Below, piece by piece: positions 56,766 through 64,000 of a stretch of 64,000 bases of DNA. Positions within the stretch are counted from its first letter, which is position 1, and each line of letters opens with the position of its first letter. The notes beneath the pieces were generated by a model, which saw only the letters and a program-made list of their open reading frames with translations, ran no database searches and was not told the DNA's origin. Origin of the DNA: Minisyncoccota bacterium (GTDB taxonomy: Bacteria; Patescibacteriota; Minisyncoccia; Phycocordibacterales; JBAYGS01); the NCBI GenBank assembly GCA_041666545.1, contig JBAYGS010000002.1, positions 106,395 to 170,394 of the forward strand. Direction: 5' to 3'. A program made the translations under genes and the position numbers.

Positions 56766-57362
56766 TTAAAAATCATATTCTCCCGGAAAGGCTGCAAAGG
56801 TCGAAATTGGGGCAAGACGAAACAGTGCGCGACCGACGATTAATTTCTCCGGTAGCGGTCCCCAGAATCGGGAATCCGAACTCGCAGCGCGATTGTCGCC
56901 CATCACGAAGTATTCGTCCGGTCCCAAAACTCGCTTTTGGTTGCCACCCAGCGGATATTTAATATACGGTTCGCTAAGCTCTTGGCGCACACCTTTGGTA
57001 TTTCTAATCTCGATTTTCCCATCCTTGATTGTGATGGTCTCGGTGGGCAAGCCGATGATTCGCTTGATGAAAAATTTGGTCGTGTCTTTCGGATAGTGGA
57101 AGACGATGACTTCGCCGCGCTTGGGTGCCTCAAAATGATAGCTAAGCTCGTCGATAATTAAGTATTGGCCAGAGAGAAAGGTCGGCTCCATTGAAGAACC
57201 GGAGACAATAAAAGGCGAGGCGATGAAAAGACGGATTGGAATGACAATGACAAGGGCGACAATGGCAAAGCGAACGAGTTCGCCCCAGGAGTTTGGGCGC
57301 TTTTTCGGAGTTTCAACTAGAATTTCTTTCGGCTCGGAATTTTCTAATTTGTTTTCCTCCAT
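56766..57362 (-). CDS. lepB: Signal peptidase I
   Basis: SGSSMEPT, FIKRIIGLP, GDNR..S.DSR. Confidence 0.95.
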   Translation of the reverse strand: MEENKLENSEPKEILVETPKKRPNSWGELVRFAIVALVIVIPIRLFIASPFIVSGSSMEPTFLSGQYLIIDELSYHFEAPKRGEVIVFHYPKDTTKFFIKRIIGLPTETITIKDGKIEIRNTKGVRQELSEPYIKYPLGGNQKRVLGPDEYFVMGDNRAASSDSRFWGPLPEKLIVGRALFRLAPISTFAAFPGEYDF

Positions 57363-57556
57363 CCCGTTAGAGATAGGAAACGCCCGGGTTGTTGTGATAT
57401 TGGGGCATTTTCCTATAAGTTATCATTGCTAATAATTTATCCGACTTTTTGTTTGGTGGCGTTTCCGCGGAGTTATTGAATGTAATTCTGAACTTTAGCT
57501 TGCTGTGAAATTTCCAACTGTCTTTGCGTATCGAAACAAAATATCTCTAACGGGAT
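57361..57556. mobile_element. MITE-like 196-bp element with 15-bp terminal inverted repeats
   Basis: atcccgttagagata (57361-57375) / tatctctaacgggat (57542-57556). Confidence 0.65.
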
Positions 57557-57679
57557 CCATAAGTGGGGCAATTGTATTACAACCGCTATGATTTACACAA
57601 GGGTGTTTCGTGTGTCGTGTTGAATTTAGTGCCCGAGGTGGTCATGCTATAATCTTTTCATCTTAATTCAAAATTTTTT

Positions 57680-58276
57680 ATGTCTTACATCATCGCTGGT
57701 TTAGGTAATCCCGGAGAAGAATATTTAAATACTCGACACAATGTCGGGCGAATCGTTTTGGAAGTGTTTAGAAAATCTCAAGAATTGCCGGATTGGGAAT
57801 TTGATAAAAAACTTAAGGCCCTTGTATCCAAAGGTAAAGGGTCAAATGTCAAAGGTCAATTGTCACTTGTTCTTCCTGAGACTTTCATGAATAAATCCGG
57901 CGAGACACTTAAACAGTTGGTGAAGAGTAAAAAAGCGGCGCTTGGGCTTGCGGTGATTCACGACGATTTGGACATTCCGCTTGGCAAATATAAAATTTCT
58001 TTTAATAAGAGCTCCGGTGGTCATCGCGGAGTCGAGTCGATTATCCGCACGATTAAAACTCAAGAGTTTGTGCGAATTCGGGTCGGCATCTCGCCGGCGA
58101 CGCCGTCCGGCAAAATCAAAAAACCGCAAGGGGAGAAAGCGGTGGGAGATTTTATCATCAGTGAATTTAAAAAGCCGGAGCTTGAAACTATCAAAAAAAT
58201 TGCCAAAAGAATTGCCGAAGCGCTCGAATGTCTGGCGAATGAGGGGAAGGATAAGGCGATGAGTCAGTTTAACTAG
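57680..58276 (+). CDS. pth: Peptidyl-tRNA hydrolase
   Basis: GLGNPG..Y..TRHN.G, FMN.SG, HDDLD, GGH.G. Confidence 0.96.
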   Translation: MSYIIAGLGNPGEEYLNTRHNVGRIVLEVFRKSQELPDWEFDKKLKALVSKGKGSNVKGQLSLVLPETFMNKSGETLKQLVKSKKAALGLAVIHDDLDIPLGKYKISFNKSSGGHRGVESIIRTIKTQEFVRIRVGISPATPSGKIKKPQGEKAVGDFIISEFKKPELETIKKIAKRIAEALECLANEGKDKAMSQFN

Positions 58277-58514
58277 CCCCGACGCTTTGTCAGACAAAGG
58301 TCGGGGTCCCGACTTCTGACGTTGGGATTAGTAGTGGGTAGTAAGTAGTTAGGAAAACAAAGAGAGAAACAAAGAGAGAAAAGAGGCCGAAGTTTCGCCA
58401 CGAAACTTCGGCCTCTTGACATTTTAAATAAGTCCTGTAGCATGAGTGGTAGAAATTTGGGCAACTTTTTACTGGTGTAAATAAGCTCCGCTCAAACAAT
58501 CTGAAAGGTGTTCT

Positions 58515-59519
58515 ATGAAAACTGCCGAAACTGTCGTGTTGGATTACGCTCCGGGTGCCGGAATCAAACAGGCTTTGGCCCATGCCAGAGTCGTTCCGGT
58601 CACCGACGATCTCGCTGAACGCGAGTCTTGTCTCAAGAAGATCCAAGGAATTCGCTCTCGACTTTTGCCGGTTGAGGCAGAAGCCTCGGCAGAGTTGGCC
58701 AAACAGGAAAGGGTGGCTCTCGAAGAAGTTGGCCTAGCCAAGACGATGAACAACATTTCACATCTCGGCGAAGCCAAATTGCTCGACCCGGCCGCGTTTG
58801 CTGTGCGCAACAAAGATGGTCTGCCGCTTTTGGCGCCATTTAGTTTGGGGAGCGCTGAAGCGACCATTCAGAGTGAAGGCAATGATGTCCTTCCGGTCTG
58901 CTGTCTAAATTATTACCGGGATGTCAAGGAAAAGTTGGCCGCCCGGAATGGTTTCTTGGGAAGTCTGATTTTTCCCATTTTCGCCGTCGCTTTGGCCTAC
59001 CTGTTTTTCTGGCTCAGTGACCTGACTGTTTCGTCTGTCTTGGATCAGACTTTTCCGGCGTCGATTTTATTCGGCACCGTTTTATTTATAACCGCGATTG
59101 TGGCGGAAGCGACTGAAGGCAGACTCAAGCAGGGTATAATTTTCGGGGCTTGCTTTCTTTTGTTGATGGTACTCTGGCCAATCGCAGGTCTTCTTATTCT
59201 GGGAGCCTTTTCGCAAATCTCTTTCAGGCGTCTCTGGGTCGCGAGTGCCAAATTCTCTGGCATGATTCCGGCTTCGGCCCGTGCCAAGATTAACGAAGCT
59301 AAGTTGTGTGGCGGTTTCAAGGAAATCTTCCTGCTCGCCGAAGTGCCGAGATGGGAAGTCAGGAATGAACCGATGCCGATGCCGACTTTGAAGGGTGACC
59401 CTCTCACGGTCGGTTTCGACGGCGAGCGGTTCTGGCTTATTGATGCGTGGGAAACGACCACGGCCGAGCAGTATGTTGCCGATGAGTTCGTCACCAAGCC
59501 AAATGATCCGGCGGTCTAA
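58515..59519 (+). CDS. Unknown membrane protein, paralogue 1
   Basis: Three to four TMs, C-terminal DPL.VG...WLI; similar to next gene. Confidence 0.7.
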   Translation: MKTAETVVLDYAPGAGIKQALAHARVVPVTDDLAERESCLKKIQGIRSRLLPVEAEASAELAKQERVALEEVGLAKTMNNISHLGEAKLLDPAAFAVRNKDGLPLLAPFSLGSAEATIQSEGNDVLPVCCLNYYRDVKEKLAARNGFLGSLIFPIFAVALAYLFFWLSDLTVSSVLDQTFPASILFGTVLFITAIVAEATEGRLKQGIIFGACFLLLMVLWPIAGLLILGAFSQISFRRLWVASAKFSGMIPASARAKINEAKLCGGFKEIFLLAEVPRWEVRNEPMPMPTLKGDPLTVGFDGERFWLIDAWETTTAEQYVADEFVTKPNDPAV

Positions 59520-59756
59520 TTGTCTCAGCAGTTCCTCGCAACCACTCGATTGATTCGGGTGGTTTTTTAGTTAGCTTTTAGCTACTAGCTATTGGCTGTT
59601 AGGAAGAAGGGGAAGCAGAAGAGCCCCGAAAACTTGCCGCAAGTTTTCGGGGCTCTTCTGCTTTACAAACCAAGTTTTTTGTTTATCATGGCAAACAGAC
59701 TCCCGACAACTCTTTGCTTCCGCAAAAAGCTCTGTTTGGAAAAAGAAAGGTGTTCT

Positions 59757-60758
59757 ATGAAAAAAGCTGACTTGCCGGTCGAAAACCTCGCAGATTTTCT
59801 TGAGGAGCCTCTTGCTCTTGTTGATATCGAGGCTCTTGAGGCGAAGCTTCAGGAGGCGCAAAGCAGGATTTCATCAGCCAAAAGTCACGCGGAGACGCGG
59901 CCCTGGTGCGCCTTGCGAGATGACTTGGGAAATCAAATCTGGAAAGGCGTGGCGCTTAACCGTATCTTGAGTCTGGGAGAAGTCCGGCCGCTCAAGCCGG
60001 AGATCTTCACCGAGCGAGACAAAAATGGCTGGCCGACTTGGGTGCCATTTGAGCTCAATCGTCGTCCTGTGGAATTTGTCGGTGGTCTTGGCTGCGACCT
60101 GCCGGGCCATTGCGCCGAATTTTATCGTGATGTTTACCGGAAACTGGAGAAGCGGAACTCCTACTTGAACTGCCTGCTTTTTCCGGTTCTCGCCCTGATT
60201 CTTTGTTTCCTTGGGCTGACTTATTGGCCCGCAGGAACCTTGAAATTTTTCTCGGTGATAAACTGGATTGCCGGCGGCGTTTTTGTAGTCGGGGTTGTCG
60301 CTTTGGTCTCAATCTTTTTCGGTAACAATGGTTCAGGATTGGATCCGGACAAAGTGTCAACTGAAGACTTTGCTTTTGGAATTGGTATTCTGCTTTTACT
60401 GGCTGCGGCCCTCTGGCATTGGTCGATTACGGTTATATTTACCTTGGGAATCTTGTCGCATCGTTGCCTCAAGCGAACCTGGTGGATGAAAGCGCGACTT
60501 GTCGGTTTCATGCCGACTTCGGTTAAGGCCTTACGGAGGCGTGCCGATGATGGGCGTTGCTTCAGTCGCGTCTTTCTGGTTGCGAGGGTGCCGAAATGGC
60601 GAGTCGGTGTCGCGCCCGAAGCGGTACCGACGAGTTTCAAGAGTCATCTGCTGGTCGGTTATCGCGATCACGGCTACTGGTTGATCAGCAGGTTTGATGC
60701 CCTCGAAGACGGAGTCTCCAATCTGGAGACCGATTTAATTGGCGCGTTCAATTATTGA
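59757..60758 (+). CDS. Unknown membrane protein, paralogue 2 (start ATG 59757)
   Basis: Same gaaaggtgttctATGAAAA start context as 58515. Confidence 0.7.
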   Translation: MKKADLPVENLADFLEEPLALVDIEALEAKLQEAQSRISSAKSHAETRPWCALRDDLGNQIWKGVALNRILSLGEVRPLKPEIFTERDKNGWPTWVPFELNRRPVEFVGGLGCDLPGHCAEFYRDVYRKLEKRNSYLNCLLFPVLALILCFLGLTYWPAGTLKFFSVINWIAGGVFVVGVVALVSIFFGNNGSGLDPDKVSTEDFAFGIGILLLLAAALWHWSITVIFTLGILSHRCLKRTWWMKARLVGFMPTSVKALRRRADDGRCFSRVFLVARVPKWRVGVAPEAVPTSFKSHLLVGYRDHGYWLISRFDALEDGVSNLETDLIGAFNY

Positions 60759-60838
60759 AAACCGCCCCTCACTTGCGAGCAAGTGGGGGGTTTTAAATTT
60801 AAAAGCCCCGCGCATGTTGCATGCGCGGGGCGAAGTCG

Positions 60839-61177
60839 TCAGCCGATTTTGCTGGCGTAGGTCGAAGGATTAGGGTCCGGATTTTTTCGGTCGAATTCGG
60901 CGCCGGCCTTTTGCATGAAATCCAATTTGGCGAGATTGTGCATCTGTTTCTTGATTTGACGGTCGGCATCGACACGCCGGAGTCTCTCAAACTCCCTCTT
61001 TGTTCGGAATTTTTCTGCTCGGATTTTTTTGGCGAGAGCTTTCGGCAGAGTTTGCCCGGTCTCGAGTACGGATTTCACTCTGGCCAGTAGGTCTTCCAGG
61101 AATTCCGAGCGACACTCGGGATGCCAAGGCGTAGTAGTCATTCTTTCGCAGTAAGGACAGGGTCTGATACAAGCCAT
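60839..61177 (-). CDS. Hypothetical protein with CxxC...HxxC
   Basis: AAGGA RBS, TTGACA promoter upstream. Confidence 0.55.
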   Translation of the reverse strand: MACIRPCPYCERMTTTPWHPECRSEFLEDLLARVKSVLETGQTLPKALAKKIRAEKFRTKREFERLRRVDADRQIKKQMHNLAKLDFMQKAGAEFDRKNPDPNPSTYASKIG

Positions 61178-61354
61178 AATTTTCCTTTCTCTTCTCGGCT
61201 TAGATTACATCTTTAAATTAGTTTGTCAATCAAAACCCCCGCTCGTTTCGAGCGGGGGTTTTGTCTTATTCTCCACTACTTACTACTACCTACTAATCCT
61301 GACGTCAGAAGTCGGGACCCCGACCTTTGTAAGACAAAGCGTCGGGGCTACTTA

Positions 61355-62572
61355 CTACTTAGTCGCCTCAACAAAAGACAGCGCCATCTTCTGCTCCTTG
61401 GCATCAAAGAGGGCAATCTTGAATGAGTAGGTTTTGCCGAGCTCCAATTTCTCGCGCAACTTTTCTTCACTGCCAAATTCGCTCACATGGACCAAACCGG
61501 CCACACCCTCTTCAATTGAGGCGAGAGCGCCATGCTTGTTGAATTTGATGACCACGCCCTTGACCAGCTGATCTTTCTTGTATTTCTTGCCGGCCTCAAT
61601 CCAAGGGTTCGGCTTCAGGGCCTTGATGGAGAGGGAAATTTTGCCATCTTTGACATCGATGACTTTGACGCGGATTTTGTCGCCGACTTTGTAAAGCAAT
61701 TTTGGATTTTCAACCAGCGCCCAATCCATTTCGCTGATGTGGACCAAACCTTCGAGACCGTCTTCAACTTTCACGAAGACTCCGAAATCAACGATGCCGG
61801 TGACTTCGCCATCCAAAACATCGCCAATCGTGTATTTCTCGACAATTTTTTCCTTTTCCTTCTGTTCAGGATTTTTCTCGGAGAAAATCAGCTTGCCTTC
61901 TTTAGGGTTGGCGCCGATAATCGCGACGGCAATTTTCTGGCCGAGCAATTTTTTCAATTCTTCCAAAATTCGGTCCTTGTCGCCATCCTCAACGCGAGGG
62001 TAGTGCTCTGGCTTCAACTGGGAAGCCGGCAAGAAACCGGAGATGCCTTGCCATTCCAAAATCAAACCGCCTTTGTTGGCCTCTTTGACTGGCAATTCGA
62101 AAATAGTTTTCGAGGCGATAGCCGCTTCGGCTTCGCTCCAAACAATCGCTTGGCGAGCTTCCTTGAGGGAAAGTTCCCAATAACCTTCTTCGTGGTCGGT
62201 GCCGACAACCTTGGCCGCGATGACATCGCCGACATTGATTTTTTTAATGATTTCTCGGGCAACGATAAATTCCCGGCCGTAAATGATACCGGTTCCGTAC
62301 GGAGCGAGGTCGACATAGACGGAAGCTTTTTCGATGGCAATCACCGGACCTTCAACCAAGTCGCCAACTGATGGCGGGTTCTTGGTTTCGGACATCAACT
62401 TGCCCATCAAGCTCTGCTTCTTTTGGCGGGCTTCTTTTTCTTCGTTGGTTTCCTCGACTTTATCTTTTTCTTTAATTTCTTTGGTGGCCTTCTTGGCCTC
62501 CTTGGTTTCTACAACTTCTTCGGCCACTTTGACTTCATCAGTCTTGGCCGACTTTCTGCTAAAAATTCCCAT
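61355..62572 (-). CDS. rpsA: S1-domain protein (ribosomal protein S1-like, four S1 repeats)
   Basis: FLPASQL, DFGVFV, GLVHISE, GLVHVSE. Confidence 0.85.
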   Translation of the reverse strand: MGIFSRKSAKTDEVKVAEEVVETKEAKKATKEIKEKDKVEETNEEKEARQKKQSLMGKLMSETKNPPSVGDLVEGPVIAIEKASVYVDLAPYGTGIIYGREFIVAREIIKKINVGDVIAAKVVGTDHEEGYWELSLKEARQAIVWSEAEAAIASKTIFELPVKEANKGGLILEWQGISGFLPASQLKPEHYPRVEDGDKDRILEELKKLLGQKIAVAIIGANPKEGKLIFSEKNPEQKEKEKIVEKYTIGDVLDGEVTGIVDFGVFVKVEDGLEGLVHISEMDWALVENPKLLYKVGDKIRVKVIDVKDGKISLSIKALKPNPWIEAGKKYKKDQLVKGVVIKFNKHGALASIEEGVAGLVHVSEFGSEEKLREKLELGKTYSFKIALFDAKEQKMALSFVEATK

Positions 62573-62801
62573 ATATTTAAAAAGCCGGCAGGTTTCGCTA
62601 CTCGTGGACTGAATGATCCCTAAGCGAGGTTACTTGCCAGTACTTCTAATAATGGGAGAGAGTATACCTGAGGAAGGGGAAATAGTAAATAGATAGTAGT
62701 TAGTAGTAAGTAGGTAGTAGTCAGTAGTGAAGAAGATAAAAGCCCCGACGCTTTGTCTGACAAAGGTCGGGGCGGGGTCGGGGACAGGGTCAGGAAGCAA
62801 A

Positions 62802-63023
62802 TCACTCATAATCGATTTGGTGGGTGACCAAAATGTAGGACGGTCGCTTTTTCGTATCGATGTGGTTCGGGAACCTTGAAGCCTCAACGATAGTTTTCAT
62901 ATCGGAGATTTTGGCCTTCAAATTGGCGATTTCCTTTCTGGTCCTCAGGTGGTCCAGTGCACCAAGGGTCAAAATCAAAAGGATGAGGACATAAATGGCG
63001 GCAATATCGTTTCGGTTTTGCAT
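62802..63023 (-). CDS. Small single-TM hypothetical protein
   Basis: TM helix plus short coiled coil. Confidence 0.5.
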   Translation of the reverse strand: MQNRNDIAAIYVLILLILTLGALDHLRTRKEIANLKAKISDMKTIVEASRFPNHIDTKKRPSYILVTHQIDYE

Positions 63024-63241
63024 AAAATAAGAACAGGTTTTCTATCTTAACTATACGAATTTAATTCAAGAAATCAATAGCACACGACACAAATACACGA
63101 ATGAGGACGAATGACACGAATAGCTGAATTCGTGTGTGCGTATTCGTGGTTTCGCTATGCGCATACCTTATTCGTGTGCCCTATTCGTAAGGGTTCTCAA
63201 CAGCTTTTTATTCGTGTGCCCTATTCGTAAGGGTTCTCAAC

Positions 63242-63655
63242 AAAAAGCCCCACGAAAGCTTGCGCTTCGTGGGGTTCGGGGGACAAATGGTTTTGCCTTG
63301 GCTTCAGGTTGCCGAAACATTGGTTCGGCAAGTCACTTGGAATTTCCTGATTCCAAAGGAAGCCTGATTCTCCGACTGGTCCGATTATTCAGGGTAGTCG
63401 GGCGGCCAGTGTCAGGTGCCTGATGTGGCTGGTCTGACTTGGTTATCGGATACTTGGGAGAGTCCGCAATCTCGATCTGCTATCCTGCCACCATTTTGGC
63501 AGAATGCAGTCGGGTTTGGTTTACATTGCAAGCAATGTCGGACTTTCCCACGACTCCGTAGGGGGTTCCTACGTTTAGGCTGCTCCGGTCTTTGTTCACT
63601 CCCGGAATCGTGTATTCCATTCCCACGGCCCTCTCGGGCCGTGGGCTTTGTCCTG
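63242..63655 (-). ncRNA. Candidate large structured ncRNA, copy 2
   Basis: TTGCCA-16-TAGGAT promoter (63661-63688); ggacaaa/tttgtcc closing helix; many hairpins; terminator at 63242-63272. Confidence 0.6.
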
Positions 63656-63744
63656 AAATCATCCTACCCATAAAAAGCCTTTTGGCAAGCTTGATAAAAA
63701 CAAATTTTGTTGTCTAATTTTATCTGCGATTTTGCCAATCCAAG

Positions 63745-64000
63745 AAAAAAGCCCCTCACCGCAAGCGGCGAGGGGCAATCGGGGAATAGTGACTTGGTTT
63801 AACCTTACCTGCTATGTCGCTATGACACTCAAGTGTTTTTCTGATCACCTGATTGCAGGCTAATTCTCCAACGCATGACTGATTTCAGATTATCAGGTCT
63901 GCTTGCGCTGTACGGCGCTTCAGGATACTCGGGATAGTGCCGCTAAAGCAAGACGCGCTCGACTTCGACCCCTTTGGCCTACTTGGAGTGGCTTGCCCAA
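63745..64000 (-). ncRNA. Candidate large ncRNA, copy 3 (3' part; runs off the window)
   Basis: Terminator at 63745-63776; shares two motifs with copy 2. Confidence 0.5.

Noticed and set aside
61532-62371. Long antisense ORFs (also 55558-56268 and 52060-52608)
   Set aside because: Shadow frames opposite well-supported genes
63169-63240. CRISPR array
   Set aside because: Only two repeats, a 12-bp spacer and no cas genes; the same applies to 6351-6419 and to the spacer-less 14-mer array at 51595
63362-63549. Second RNase P RNA (GGAAAGTCCG and AGAAnnnGGCTT resemble P4 strands)
   Set aside because: P4 pairing is imperfect, the first motif pairs better with 63456-63467, there is no S-domain, and a canonical rnpB is present; a distant relationship is not excluded

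Overview
Bacterial chromosome segment with the gene content and style of a Patescibacteria (CPR, Parcubacteria-like) genome; the taxonomy is inferred. The housekeeping backbone includes nrdJ, rnpB, murJ, lepA, valS, tsaD, trxB, ftsZ, ftsA, ybeY, rpsU, lepB, pth, an S1 protein and six tRNAs. It also carries a surface-glycan locus (GT2/GT4/Wzm-Wzt) and an AT-rich defence/accessory island after tRNA-Glu (RadC, OLD-type nuclease, Sau3AI-like R-M pair, Panacea-type TA pair). Main unexplained signals: (1) two complete and one partial ~400-520 nt non-coding transcription units with promoter/terminator signals and shared ordered motifs, a candidate new large ncRNA family; (2) a membrane-anchored protein with nine His-x4-Ser repeats coupled to an enzyme-like unknown protein, a candidate modification system; (3) tRNA 3' trailers with an inverted and a direct copy of the tRNA 3' end at two unrelated tRNAs; (4) LAGLIDADG-like ORFs between a promoter and a tRNA, with stop codons in or beyond the tRNA; (5) 7-nt periodic repeats and palindromes inserted in frame in essential genes; (6) a MITE-like element at the lepB start and frequent leaderless gene starts. 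All calls come from reading the sequence by eye; no searches were run.
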